From Patescibacteria group bacterium (lineage in GTDB: Bacteria > Patescibacteriota > Minisyncoccia > UBA6257 > 2-01-FULL-56-20): 64,000 bases of DNA. Numbering within the stretch: the first letter of the stretch is position 1; each line of letters begins with the position of its first letter. The stretch spans positions 144,046-208,045 of the forward strand of contig JAGXBC010000002.1 in NCBI GenBank assembly GCA_018971305.1, given 5' to 3'. The notes under the pieces were generated by a model. The model was not told the DNA's origin and made no database searches. It saw only the letters and a list, made by a program, of their open reading frames with translations. The translations under genes and the position numbers were made by a program. Shown here one piece after another: positions 9,238 through 19,020 of this stretch.

Positions 9238-9309
9238 ATGCCGGTAAGCCAGTGCGATTTTATAATTTATTGTTAAGTGGGGTTTATGAATCTATAATGT
9301 AAGAAAGCG

Positions 9310-10824
9310 ATGAAAAAAGCAATCCGTTATTATTTTGAAAAGTTATTAAGCATTTTGAAGGTCAGGCAAAATGTAGGGGGAGTTGAAATCTCCGACCTTG
9401 CTTTGCGTTTCGCTAATTTTGACGGAGAAAATTGGCGCATCAGCGGCGTGCGTTTGGAGCCGGGAATATTGGATGGCGGAAAGATAAAGAACAGGGAAAA
9501 ATTTATTGAGGCGTTGAAGACGCTGAAGCTTCAGGCTCTTGGAGAGGATAAAGCCAGAAAGAAGATGAGTATCGTAGCCTCATTGAGCTCCATAAGTATT
9601 TATAGCCAAGTTTTCAGCTTGCCCATAATTGAAGGAGAAAATTTGAGCAAAGCCATAGACCTTAATGTACAGATGGTTTCCCCGATAGAAGCAGCTCAGG
9701 CTTATTCCGGATGGCAGACTGTCGGTGAGGACCAAAGCTCGTTGCGTCTGGAAATTCTGAGCGCCTTTATTGATAGAAGCGTCGTTGACGGTATGAGTCA
9801 GGCTTTTCGCGACGCTGGGTTTATGATGATAGCCATGGAATCACGAGCCCTGGCCCTCGCCCGTCTTTTAAGGACCGAAGGGGTGGGTTTTGACCCTCTG
9901 AAGGCCTATATTTTAATCAGTTTGGATAATTCCGGTTTGGACTTCTTAATAATCAGGGGTGGCCAGCTTTATTTTGAATATTTTAGTCCCTGGCGCGATG
10001 TTGCCGATGATCAGGGGCAAATTTCCATGCCGGCATTTGAAGCCGTGATCACCCGCAACTTACATCAGGTAATGAATTTTTATGGCCAGCACTGGAAAGA
10101 ACCTTTGGGTGAGGTTTTGCTTTCGGTTTCGGCTATGAGGGAAGACGTGGAAAGGATAATAAAGAGCAATTTTTCTTTAAGCGCAACCGACCTGAAATTA
10201 AAAACAATTCAATCCGTTGGTCCAGAATGGTATGTGGTTTTAGGATGCGGCTTGCGCGGGCTCACTTCTAGGAGCAGAGATAAAGAAATGAGCCTGTTGG
10301 GCATTGGCGCCAGGGAAGAATTTGCCCGTGAACAGCTTGTGTCCTTCGCGGAATTTTGGAAATTACTTATGCCAGTTGCTCTTGGCCTGCTCGTAATTAT
10401 TTTCGTTTTCGCCGATTTATTTCTGGTTCAGACTAGAAAGTCTCTGGAATCGCAATCGCTATTCACCATGGAGAGCGGAGCGGCGAAAGAAAACGAACTT
10501 TTACAAACTCAGGCCGAAAGTTTCAACCAATCAGTTAAGATGATAGCCTCCGTAGAGAGTACTTCTGTTTCTCAGGGAAGATTATTGGAAAAAATTTCCG
10601 GTATTGCTTCTTCGAACGGTGTAACAATCAACAGGCTTTCCGTGGCAGTCTCTTCAAATAATGCAACATTGAATGGTCTAGCTGATTCCGAAAGCAAAAT
10701 TGTGGCCTTTAAAGATGCACTGACCGCAGATTCGGCTTTTAAAGATATTAATTTACCACTCTCTGCTATAAGCGTCGGTCCGTCCGGCCTATCTTTTTCA
10801 ATGTCTTTCACGCTTAATAGATAA
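9310..10824 (+). CDS. pilM: Type IV pilus assembly protein PilM fused to a PilN-like C-terminal domain
   Basis: N-terminal region resembles the PilM actin-like fold (..RLEPGILDGGKIKNREKFIEALKTL..), a central TM segment (LLMPVALGLLVIIFVFADLFLV) and a periplasmic C-terminal domain as in PilN. Confidence 0.55.
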   Translation: MKKAIRYYFEKLLSILKVRQNVGGVEISDLALRFANFDGENWRISGVRLEPGILDGGKIKNREKFIEALKTLKLQALGEDKARKKMSIVASLSSISIYSQVFSLPIIEGENLSKAIDLNVQMVSPIEAAQAYSGWQTVGEDQSSLRLEILSAFIDRSVVDGMSQAFRDAGFMMIAMESRALALARLLRTEGVGFDPLKAYILISLDNSGLDFLIIRGGQLYFEYFSPWRDVADDQGQISMPAFEAVITRNLHQVMNFYGQHWKEPLGEVLLSVSAMREDVERIIKSNFSLSATDLKLKTIQSVGPEWYVVLGCGLRGLTSRSRDKEMSLLGIGAREEFAREQLVSFAEFWKLLMPVALGLLVIIFVFADLFLVQTRKSLESQSLFTMESGAAKENELLQTQAESFNQSVKMIASVESTSVSQGRLLEKISGIASSNGVTINRLSVAVSSNNATLNGLADSESKIVAFKDALTADSAFKDINLPLSAISVGPSGLSFSMSFTLNR

Positions 10825-10840
10825 TTACCGGAAATAATCT

Positions 10841-11371
10841 CTATTCTTTTAGAAATAATTCTTCGGAGGATATGATTTCCTTGAATGTTTGTTCTAGCGT
10901 ATTCATATCGGCCTTGCCGATTTTTTTTAAGACGAATTCCGAAGCTTGTTTTCTCTCGTCCGCTCTGCGTACCCCGATTCTCAGCCGCCAGAATTCTTTA
11001 CCGCCTACGTTATTAATCACAGATGCCACTCCTTTGTGTCCGGCAGCGCCGCGATCAAAAGACAATTTGTATTCACCAAGCAATATATCGGAATCGTCGT
11101 GTGCTATGAGCAGGTTGTCTCTTTTGAAGCCATATTTTTTTAGAAATTTTTTGACGCTCAGACCGGAGTCGTTCATAAAAACGCCGGATTTTACGATGTG
11201 AAATTTCGGATCATATAATTTGTCCTTCATATAATCGATAAATAAAAAACCCGCGTTATGATAGGTATTTTTATATTCCGGCCCGGGGTTCCCCAGTCCA
11301 ACAACGATTTTTATTTTCGACACGTTTTCAACCATTTGCTTCATTATACCTAAAGACTTATACTTAACCAC
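10841..11371 (-). CDS. pth: Peptidyl-tRNA hydrolase
   Basis: KIVVGLGNPGPEYKNTYHNAGF signature; the ORF as listed likely over-extends; the true start is probably the Met at 11332 (MVENVSKIKIV...). Confidence 0.85.
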   Translation of the reverse strand: MVKYKSLGIMKQMVENVSKIKIVVGLGNPGPEYKNTYHNAGFLFIDYMKDKLYDPKFHIVKSGVFMNDSGLSVKKFLKKYGFKRDNLLIAHDDSDILLGEYKLSFDRGAAGHKGVASVINNVGGKEFWRLRIGVRRADERKQASEFVLKKIGKADMNTLEQTFKEIISSEELFLKE

Positions 11372-11372
11372 A

Positions 11373-11921
11373 ATGCGTCAATTTTTTGCCTCATTTCTAG
11401 AAGTAATTGAGATTGCGCTTGTGGCCATTGGAGCGGTTTTCTTGATCAGGAGCTTCTTGATTCAGCCATTTCTCGTGAGCGGTTCCAGCATGGCGCCTAA
11501 TTTTGAAAACGGGGATTATCTTTTAATAGACGAATTAACATATCATTTTCGGGCGCCGCAGCGGGGCGAGGTCATCGTTTTCCGCTATCCGAACGATACA
11601 TCGACATATTTTATTAAGCGGGTTATAGGTCTTCCGGGCGAGAGAATTGAAATTAAAAATGACAGCATAACTGTTTTCAGCGATACCGACCCGAAGGGAC
11701 TTGTTTTAGATGAAAATTATTTGCCGAAATCAACCGTTACGAGCGGAGACGAAATAATTCAACTTAAGCAGGGTGAATACCTGATGCTAGGGGACAATCG
11801 TGCCTACAGTTTTGATTCCAGAAGCTGGGGACCATTACCCGCCAAAGATATTATCGGTATCGTCCGTTTGCGCCTTTGGCCGCCCGCCGGGGTTACCGCT
11901 TTTGCCGCTCCGCAATATTAA
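11373..11921 (+). CDS. lepB: Signal peptidase I
   Basis: Catalytic Ser motif GSSMAPNF, GDNRAYSFDSRSWG box, N-terminal TM. Confidence 0.85.
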   Translation: MRQFFASFLEVIEIALVAIGAVFLIRSFLIQPFLVSGSSMAPNFENGDYLLIDELTYHFRAPQRGEVIVFRYPNDTSTYFIKRVIGLPGERIEIKNDSITVFSDTDPKGLVLDENYLPKSTVTSGDEIIQLKQGEYLMLGDNRAYSFDSRSWGPLPAKDIIGIVRLRLWPPAGVTAFAAPQY

Positions 11922-11961
11922 GAAGACATAGTGTTCATTCAGGATATATAATAATTTCAAC

Positions 11962-13269
11962 ATGCCCAAGCTTAAGAAAAATAAAAACAACGAACGCTTG
12001 ACCAAGTTCCGTTCGCCGCGGGGCATGTACGATATTTTGCCGATTGATCAGCAGTATTGGGACCGCATTGAAACGGCGGCTAAAAACCTCGCCCGTTCTT
12101 ATAATTTCCATCGTATTGAGCCGCCGATTCTGGAGGACGCGGATTTGTTCAGAAAGACCATTGGCGAAGAAAGCGATGTCGTGGAAAAAGAGATGTACAC
12201 ATTAAAAACCAAAGGGGGCGATGTTTTGGCTCTCCGTCCCGAGTATACGGCCTCCAATATGCGTGCTTATCTGCAGAATAGCTTGTCACGCATAGGTCAG
12301 CCGCAAAAGCTTTATAATTTCGGTCCCGTGTTTCGCCACGATAGACCACAGTTGGGGCGTCTTAGAGAGTTTTGGCAAATAGGATTTGAAATAATCGGAG
12401 GTACGAACGATCCCATCTTTGATGCTCAGATTATTTTGATCTTTAAGAGTTTGTTGGACGAACTGAAGATAAAAAACACTGTTTTGAAAATTAATTCCGT
12501 TGGTTGCCGGGTTTGCCGTCCGATATACAAGAAGCAGCTGCAGAACTTTTATAAGAACCACGAAAAAGAATTATGCGAGGATTGTCTGAGGCGGTTAAAA
12601 ACCAACCCGCTGCGTTTGCTGGACTGTAAGAACGAATCGTGCGTAAAACTTAAGGATAAGGCCCCGAATTTTTTGGATAAACTTTGCGTAACTTGCAGCG
12701 CTCATTTTAAAGAAGTTTTGGAATATTTGGATGAACTAAAAATATCTTATGTGCTTGATAACCAGCTCGTGCGCGGCTTGGATTATTATTCGAGAACTGT
12801 CTTTGAAATTTTTGCCGAAGGCAAAGAAAGTGAAATCGGGGCATTGCCGGGCGGAGGCCGCTATGATTATCTAATGGAATTTTTGGGCGGGCACACAACC
12901 CCTGCGGTTGGCGGCGCTTGCGGCGTGGAGAGGTTAATCGCCGTGATGAAGGCGAAAGAAATTATCCCAGCGATCAAGGCGCTAAAAAGAGTTTTTGTTG
13001 CGCACGCCGGAGAGATGGCTAAGAAAAAGGCATTCGTTTTAATGAAATCGCTGGAGACGGAGGGCATCGCGATTTCCGAAGCTTTATCCAAAGAATCTTT
13101 AAAGGCCCAGCTTAAAGCTGCCGACAAAGAAGGTGTCCCGCTGGCTCTGATCCTTGGCCAAAAAGAAATCTATGAATCTAGCGTTATTCTTCGCGACATG
13201 CGCACGGGCTTGCAAGAATCTATTTCTTTGGATAGAATTGTTGAGGAAGTTAAAAAAAGGTGGAAGTAG
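11962..13269 (+). CDS. hisS: Histidyl-tRNA synthetase (class II), with a Cys-rich insertion
   Basis: Class II motifs (..RYDYLMEFLGG.., GGACGVERL), anticodon-binding C-terminal domain; insertion carrying four Cys pairs (CRVC..CEDC..CKNESC..CVTC). Confidence 0.9.
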   Translation: MPKLKKNKNNERLTKFRSPRGMYDILPIDQQYWDRIETAAKNLARSYNFHRIEPPILEDADLFRKTIGEESDVVEKEMYTLKTKGGDVLALRPEYTASNMRAYLQNSLSRIGQPQKLYNFGPVFRHDRPQLGRLREFWQIGFEIIGGTNDPIFDAQIILIFKSLLDELKIKNTVLKINSVGCRVCRPIYKKQLQNFYKNHEKELCEDCLRRLKTNPLRLLDCKNESCVKLKDKAPNFLDKLCVTCSAHFKEVLEYLDELKISYVLDNQLVRGLDYYSRTVFEIFAEGKESEIGALPGGGRYDYLMEFLGGHTTPAVGGACGVERLIAVMKAKEIIPAIKALKRVFVAHAGEMAKKKAFVLMKSLETEGIAISEALSKESLKAQLKAADKEGVPLALILGQKEIYESSVILRDMRTGLQESISLDRIVEEVKKRWK

Positions 13270-13278
13270 TTCTTAGGC

Positions 13279-13695
13279 ATGGAAGATTGTCTATTCTGTA
13301 AGATAGCCGCAAAGCAGATACCGGCGGATGTTGTTTATGAGGATGAAAACACGCTGGCATTTCTTGATGTGAATCCCAGGGCTCCGGGGCATACTATTAT
13401 TATTCCAAAGAGCCACCGGGAGACGATTCTAGATTTACCGGAGAAGGAGACAAGCAGTTTGTTTTCAGCGGTTAAGATAGTGGCTGATGCGGTTTCCGGG
13501 GCTTTGCACGCTGATGGCTTGAATATCGGAATAAATCATAAGCCCGCCGGCGGACAGGTAGTCAATCATCTCCACGTCCATATTTTGCCAAGGTTTATAG
13601 GCGACGGGGGTACGTCGGTCCAGGGAATAGTAAATAATCCACCGAAGGATTCGTTAAAAGAAATCTGTAAAAAAATTAAGTCATTTAGAAATTAG
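13279..13695 (+). CDS. HIT-family (histidine triad) nucleotide hydrolase
   Basis: HIT motif NHLHVHILPR; 138 aa. Confidence 0.8.
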   Translation: MEDCLFCKIAAKQIPADVVYEDENTLAFLDVNPRAPGHTIIIPKSHRETILDLPEKETSSLFSAVKIVADAVSGALHADGLNIGINHKPAGGQVVNHLHVHILPRFIGDGGTSVQGIVNNPPKDSLKEICKKIKSFRN

Positions 13696-13726
13696 AAATT
13701 TTAATCTGTAAATTATAATTTTAATT

Positions 13727-13942
13727 ATGCCAATAGAAGTAAGAAAAAAAGCCAGTGAGTCTCCGAATACCTTGTTTTTTAGTTTTTCGAAGAGGGTTAA
13801 AAGAAGCGGAGTTCTTAAAGAAGCGAGGAAGCGCCGTTTTCACGACCGCAAAACGAGCCGCTTGAAGCGACGCCTTTCGGCGATTCATAGGGATAATAAA
13901 AAGAAAGATATGGATCGGGCGCGCAAGCTGGGAATCGTGTAG
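13727..13942 (+). CDS. rpsU: 30S ribosomal protein S21
   Basis: 71 aa, very basic; ..KRSGVLKEARKRRFHDRKTSRLKRR.. resembles the S21 core; lies upstream of yqeY as in many bacteria. Confidence 0.65.
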   Translation: MPIEVRKKASESPNTLFFSFSKRVKRSGVLKEARKRRFHDRKTSRLKRRLSAIHRDNKKKDMDRARKLGIV

Positions 13943-14008
13943 AAGTTTGGATAAGCGGCGGCACGGAATATTGGCAGCTAATTGCAATCAAAAAAATAAT
14001 AGTTTCCT

Positions 14009-14452
14009 ATGTCTCTCGTAGATCGCATTAAGGAAGACGTGAAAGCATCTCTTAAATCTGGTGCCTCGGCGCGAGCCGGAGTTTTGCGGTTATTGCTCGC
14101 CGAGCTCCTTAATAAAGAAAAGGAAAAATTCGGCGGAACAGGAGGGAATCTTGAAGACGCGGATGCTATAGCGGTTTTACAAAAGGAAGCTAAGAAGAGA
14201 AAGGACGCTATAGAGCTTTTCCGCAAAGGGCAAAGGGAAGACCTGGAAGAAAAAGATGAGGCAGAATTAAAGATTGTGGGGGAATATTTGCCGCAGCCGA
14301 TGAGCGTCGGAGAAATCGGCTCTATTATAGATGGAGTAATAGCCAAGGGCGCGAGCGATTTTAATTCCATAATGAAAGAAGCGATGAAGGAGCTCAAGGG
14401 TAGGGTCGACGGCAGGGTTGTTGGAAATATAATAAAAGAAAAGATAAAATGA
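14009..14452 (+). CDS. yqeY: GatB/YqeY domain protein
   Basis: MSLVDRIKEDVKASLKSG...VLRLLLAEL N-terminus typical of the YqeY family; conserved rpsU-yqeY-ybeY arrangement. Confidence 0.7.
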   Translation: MSLVDRIKEDVKASLKSGASARAGVLRLLLAELLNKEKEKFGGTGGNLEDADAIAVLQKEAKKRKDAIELFRKGQREDLEEKDEAELKIVGEYLPQPMSVGEIGSIIDGVIAKGASDFNSIMKEAMKELKGRVDGRVVGNIIKEKIK

Positions 14453-14868
14453 AGCGTGGCGGTGGCGGGGGGACCTTGGTTTTTTCCGAAAAACGAGCCG
14501 CAATGGTTGTTAGGAATAGCATTCGTCTGCTCGGATTTAAAAAGTCCAAAGCGGACGTTTTTTTGTTGTCGGGGAATAAAATGAAGGATTTAAAGGCCAG
14601 ATTTTACGGTCATAGGCCGGAAAAAGCCGTAGATGTATTGTCTTTTCCGGAGCCAAGCGATTTTCCATCTCCAGAAATCAAGGCTAAATTTCTGGGGGAA
14701 ATATATTTGAATAAAGATATCGCCCGGACCGATACGGAACGCTCTACTTTCCTGGTTATCCACGGACTTTTACACCTTTTGGGCTATACACACGATAAAA
14801 AAAATGCTATTTTGAAGATGGAACGACTGGAAAAAAGGCTTGTGGAAAAAATATTTTGGCGCCTTTAG
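14449..14868 (+). CDS. ybeY: rRNA maturation endoribonuclease YbeY
   Basis: HGLLHLLGYTHD metal-binding motif. Confidence 0.8.
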   Translation: MKRGGGGGTLVFSEKRAAMVVRNSIRLLGFKKSKADVFLLSGNKMKDLKARFYGHRPEKAVDVLSFPEPSDFPSPEIKAKFLGEIYLNKDIARTDTERSTFLVIHGLLHLLGYTHDKKNAILKMERLEKRLVEKIFWRL

Positions 14869-14912
14869 TTGTTCGCTTGTCGGTGAGTGGAGAAAATCGC
14901 TAAATCTTAAAT

Positions 14913-16139
14913 ATGTCATCAAATTTTGTTACAGGATTAGATATTGGAACCCACTCCATTAAGGCGGTTGTCGCCGAAAATCGCCGGGGAAAACCCTTAT
15001 TAAAATTTGTTTTCAAAACGCCTTCCGCAGGAATGAGAAAAGGAGCTATTGTTGATTTAGCCGAGGCTTCTCAGGCTATAGGCCATGCCATCGCGGAAAT
15101 AAAAAAATTTTCTAAGCAGGCTGCGAAAAATATTTATCTTAACATCGGTTCGCCGCAAGTGAAGGCTCAGGCCTCGCGCGGTATTGTGGCTGTCTCTCGC
15201 GCTGACGCAGAAATTTATCGGGACGATGTTGAACGAGTTGTGAAGGCTAGCGAGGCGGTTAATTTGTCTCCGAACAGAACTATAATCCACAACGTAACCA
15301 AGGAGTTTATAGTTGACGGCATAGGCGATATTTCCGACCCCATCGGGCTTTCCGGAAACAGATTGGAAGTCCACAGTTTAATAATTGACGCTTTTTCTCC
15401 TCACGTTAAAACGCTTATCCGCGCAGTGGAGCTTGCTGGGGGAGAAATAGGCGGCTTGGTTTTCAGTCCGCTTGTAGCCAGCCGTTCGGCGCTAAGTAAG
15501 AAACAAAAAAATTTAGGAACGGTCCTGATTGATGTCGGTTTTGGGACGACGGGAATGAGCGTATATGAAGAAAACAAACTTGTTGGTGTTGCTAAATTCC
15601 CTGTTGGTGCCGGAAATATTTCCAACGATTTGGCGGTTGGGCTTAAGATCCCTGTTGATGCCGCTGAGAACCTCAAGCTTGGTTATGGATATGCGCTGGC
15701 CAGAGACGTCGGTCATAAGGAAACGGTTGATCTTAAAAAATTTTCACCAGAGGCAAAAGGAATAATTTCGCGGAGATTCATTGCCGAGATAATAGAATCC
15801 CGCCTTGCGGAAATCATAGGATTCATAAATAATGAGTTAAAAATTTTGGAAAATCGGGGCCGTTTGCCGGGCGGAGTCGTTGTTGTCGGTGGCGGAGCGA
15901 AGATGGCGGGGCTTTCTGAGCTTGTCAAACAGGAATTGAAACTCTCTTGCCAAATTGGATTGGCATTGGATAATGAATGGGAGGTGGAAAATACCGAATT
16001 TGAGGAGAATCTGGAAGACCCCGAATTCGTTACGGCTTTAGGCCTCGTTCTTTGGGGGATTGACGAAGAGGACTGGAACGGTAAGAATCTTTTCTCCAAA
16101 TTCAGCGTAAGGACGGCACTCAAGTATTTCTTGCCATAA
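14913..16139 (+). CDS. ftsA: Cell division protein FtsA
   Basis: Actin-like ATPase; GLDIGTHSIKAVVAE start; immediately upstream of ftsZ. Confidence 0.85.
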   Translation: MSSNFVTGLDIGTHSIKAVVAENRRGKPLLKFVFKTPSAGMRKGAIVDLAEASQAIGHAIAEIKKFSKQAAKNIYLNIGSPQVKAQASRGIVAVSRADAEIYRDDVERVVKASEAVNLSPNRTIIHNVTKEFIVDGIGDISDPIGLSGNRLEVHSLIIDAFSPHVKTLIRAVELAGGEIGGLVFSPLVASRSALSKKQKNLGTVLIDVGFGTTGMSVYEENKLVGVAKFPVGAGNISNDLAVGLKIPVDAAENLKLGYGYALARDVGHKETVDLKKFSPEAKGIISRRFIAEIIESRLAEIIGFINNELKILENRGRLPGGVVVVGGGAKMAGLSELVKQELKLSCQIGLALDNEWEVENTEFEENLEDPEFVTALGLVLWGIDEEDWNGKNLFSKFSVRTALKYFLP

Positions 16140-16152
16140 AGAATCTGCAATT

Positions 16153-17412
16153 ATGAAAAAAATAAAGAAATCAAAACAAAAAAACCAGGGTAAGCAAGCT
16201 CAGTTTGCCAATATTAAAGTTATCGGTGTTGGCGGTGGCGGCGGGAACGCGGTTTCGCGAATGAGCCGTGATTTTCTGCGCGGAGTGGATTTTATAGCTA
16301 TCAATACCGACCACCAAGATCTAGATGTCTGTGGTGTCAGGCAGAAAATTTATATAGGCAGGAATTTGACGCGAGGATTGGGAACTGGCATGAACCCTGA
16401 CCTCGGCAGACAGGCGGCAGAAGAAAACAGATCTGAAATAGCCGAGTCGCTCCATGGCGCAGATATGGTCTTTATAGCTGCCGGTTTGGGCGGGGGGACT
16501 GGAACCGGCGGCGCGCCTATTGTCGCTGAAGCAGCCAAACAGGCCGGGGCTCTTACTATCGCAGTTGTTACCAAACCTTTTGCTTTTGAAGGCTCTCAGC
16601 GCGACCGTATCGCGAGAGAAGGATTAATAAAGTTGAAAGAAAAAGTTGACGCCTTAATAGTTGTCCCCAACGACAGGATTTTTACGATTATTCACAAAGA
16701 CACCCCCATCCTAAAAGCTTTTGAAGCCATAGACGACGTTCTTAAAAATTCTTTGCGAGGAATCGTGGAACTCATCGCTTCTCCGGGGATCATCAATCTT
16801 GATTTCGCCGATGTCAAAAACGTTGTGCAAGACGCTGGTATTGCCGTTATAGGAGTAGGCACTGCCTCTGGGGCGGACAGGGCGACTAGTGCCGTTAATC
16901 TTGCCCTGAATTCTCCTCTGCTTGAGACAAGCGCCGAAGGAGCTAAGGCTGTGATTTTGGGAATCTCCGGCGGTCGGGATTTGAAGATGAGCGAGATCAA
17001 CGATGCCGCTAAGGTCGTTGCGCAAGTTGCCGATCCTGGAGCGCGTATTATTTTTGGCGCCTATCACGACAGAAGCTTAAAGCCCAACCAGATCAAGGTT
17101 ACTATGATTGCCACCGGGTTCAACGGTAACCAGCCCAACTCTCTTTTCTCGGGTCACTTAAGTGAAAGTAAGGCACAGGGAGTTTTCCCCCGAACCCTTA
17201 AATCCGAAGATGATGGAAGAGAAGAGAAAATGTCGCCAACCCCTTTTGATTCCAAACATTCCTCCGCGGCCGCAAAGGTAAAATCGTCCGACGGCGGCAG
17301 TCTCGGCCGTGAAGTTGTAAGGGAAGAAAAGCGTTTTGAAAAGGGAGACATCAGTAAAAAAGAAAGCGATATCTGGGACATCCCGACCTTCCTCAGGAGA
17401 AAGAAAAAATAA
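16153..17412 (+). CDS. ftsZ: Cell division GTPase FtsZ
   Basis: GVGGGGGNAV and tubulin signature GGGTGTGGAPIVAE; Lys-rich C-terminal tail. Confidence 0.95.
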   Translation: MKKIKKSKQKNQGKQAQFANIKVIGVGGGGGNAVSRMSRDFLRGVDFIAINTDHQDLDVCGVRQKIYIGRNLTRGLGTGMNPDLGRQAAEENRSEIAESLHGADMVFIAAGLGGGTGTGGAPIVAEAAKQAGALTIAVVTKPFAFEGSQRDRIAREGLIKLKEKVDALIVVPNDRIFTIIHKDTPILKAFEAIDDVLKNSLRGIVELIASPGIINLDFADVKNVVQDAGIAVIGVGTASGADRATSAVNLALNSPLLETSAEGAKAVILGISGGRDLKMSEINDAAKVVAQVADPGARIIFGAYHDRSLKPNQIKVTMIATGFNGNQPNSLFSGHLSESKAQGVFPRTLKSEDDGREEKMSPTPFDSKHSSAAAKVKSSDGGSLGREVVREEKRFEKGDISKKESDIWDIPTFLRRKKK

Positions 17413-17436
17413 CAAAGATATAAATACAAAAATAGA

Positions 17437-17475
17437 ATACCTCGCGCAGCGCGAGGTATTTATGTTTTGTTTTCT
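17437..17475. terminator. Rho-independent terminator (atacctcgcgcagcgcgaggtat hairpin plus T-rich tract), bidirectional
   Basis: 10-bp perfect stem; T-run downstream on the plus strand; A-run upstream serving the minus-strand gene. Confidence 0.7.
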
Positions 17476-17789
17476 GATGGCCACCAATCGTGTTTTAATA
17501 TTTCTGCGGCATCTTCAAAAGATTTTGCATTATGGAAGAGGAGATTATATGCTACATGCTCTGCGTTCGGTTTCTTTATCACGGGTTTAATATGGGGATG
17601 CCTTTTAGGTTTTGGTTGCCACCAGTCTTTTTGTAAAATATCGAGTGCCTCCGTTAATGACTGGGCCTTACCAAAGAGCAGCCTATAAGCTTCCTGATGC
17701 TTGTTGCGTTTTTCTTTGATGAATATAGGATTTTCATCCGGATGTTTTGGTGGAACATGGTGCTTCGTCCAGCCTCTTCTTGATGACAA
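17460..17789 (-). CDS. Hypothetical small protein with internal tandem repeat
   Basis: Two about 30-aa repeats (AYRLLFGKAQSLTEALDILQKDWWQPKPK / AYNLLFHNAKSFEDAAEILKHDWWPSENK); downstream of the RmuC-like gene on the same strand. Confidence 0.35.
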   Translation of the reverse strand: MSSRRGWTKHHVPPKHPDENPIFIKEKRNKHQEAYRLLFGKAQSLTEALDILQKDWWQPKPKRHPHIKPVIKKPNAEHVAYNLLFHNAKSFEDAAEILKHDWWPSENKT

Positions 17790-17864
17790 GAGATCTCCTC
17801 AATAGCCAGTAATTCTGATTACCATCCTAACACCAGAAGTTCTGTGCCTGCAATACCCCGCTCT

Positions 17865-18911
17865 TTATTCGTCATTGTCCGGTCCCTCAATCGCCAAAGA
17901 TTCCGTATTCATTGCTTCGCCTGTTATTTTTAGGACATCTTTATCTATTTTCCCGAATTCTTTTTGCGCGTGATTATAGGCGCTGACAGTCGTTGTGAGG
18001 TTTTTGCCTATCTTACCGAAATACTCTTCGTAGTTGATTAGGTGCTTGCGAAGATTATCAACCTGCTTGATTATGTCTTGCGCTTGCTCGGATATTTTTT
18101 GATTGCGCAGGCCCTGTAAAACGGTTTGCAGGTAAGCGAGGAACGAAGTGGGAGAAACTATTATCACTTTTTTTTGAAAAGCGTAAGTTATCATATTTTT
18201 ATCTTCCGCGTCGCTGCCGACTTTATTTATCAGAAGATCGTAATATATCGCCTCCGATGGTATGAACATAAAAGCGAAGTCCATCGTGTCTTCCTGCGGC
18301 TTTACGTATTTTGATGTTTCGTCAATTCTGTTTTTAATATCAGAGACAAAGGACGATTCGTATTTTTTCTTTTCTGAGGGATCCGTGGCCGCGGCAAAGC
18401 GATTATAATTTTCCAAACTGAACTTGGAATCAATCGGGATTATTTTTTTATCCGCGAAAACTGCGGCGTCAACTATTACTCCGTCAGCGAAGGGGTATTG
18501 CATTTGATATTGCCCTGGGGGCAGGACGTTCTTCAAAACCGTTTCCAATAAATATTCCCCCAGTATGCCGCGTTGTTTGGGGTTTGTAAGCGTATCTTGC
18601 AGTTTCTTTATCTGTTCGTTCATAGCGAGCGTCTGTCGAGCTGCCTCATCAACCCTTGTCAGCTTTTCGGTAACATCGCTAATTATTTTTGCGCTTTGGC
18701 GTGTCACCTCGGTCACGGTATGCTTGGATTCATTGGCTATTTGCCCGAGCTTTATGTCAAGTGAGCGGTTCAATTCCGTCATTTGATGCTGCAAGATAAC
18801 TAGTGATTGGTCGTTTTGGTTGTTTGCCGGCTTATTCCTGGTCAGGCGCCAAACCAAGGCGATTCCCGCCGCGAGTACTATAAGCGTAACAATAAGTAGA
18901 ATTGATTCCAT
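17865..18911 (-). CDS. rmuC: RmuC-like DNA recombination protein (N-terminal TM, coiled coil, C-terminal nuclease-like domain)
   Basis: TM (ILLIVTLIVLAAGIALVW), long coiled coil, C-terminal segment (..MDFAFMFIPSEAIYYDLL..) resembling the RmuC family; not verified by search. Confidence 0.45.
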   Translation of the reverse strand: MESILLIVTLIVLAAGIALVWRLTRNKPANNQNDQSLVILQHQMTELNRSLDIKLGQIANESKHTVTEVTRQSAKIISDVTEKLTRVDEAARQTLAMNEQIKKLQDTLTNPKQRGILGEYLLETVLKNVLPPGQYQMQYPFADGVIVDAAVFADKKIIPIDSKFSLENYNRFAAATDPSEKKKYESSFVSDIKNRIDETSKYVKPQEDTMDFAFMFIPSEAIYYDLLINKVGSDAEDKNMITYAFQKKVIIVSPTSFLAYLQTVLQGLRNQKISEQAQDIIKQVDNLRKHLINYEEYFGKIGKNLTTTVSAYNHAQKEFGKIDKDVLKITGEAMNTESLAIEGPDNDE

Positions 18912-19020
18912 TGTTTAATTTTAACTTTTATTCGTAGAAACCTCAAAATAAAATCCCCTCAATAAGCACGCAGGGGGATTTATGAGGAGCAAAACCTTTT
19001 ATATCTGACCGAGATCATTT

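Noticed and set aside
11371-11373. Apparent zero-length intergenic region between divergent pth and lepB
   Set aside because: Most likely an over-extended pth ORF call; the conserved Pth N-terminus begins at the internal Met (start codon about 11332), leaving about 40 bp for promoters.
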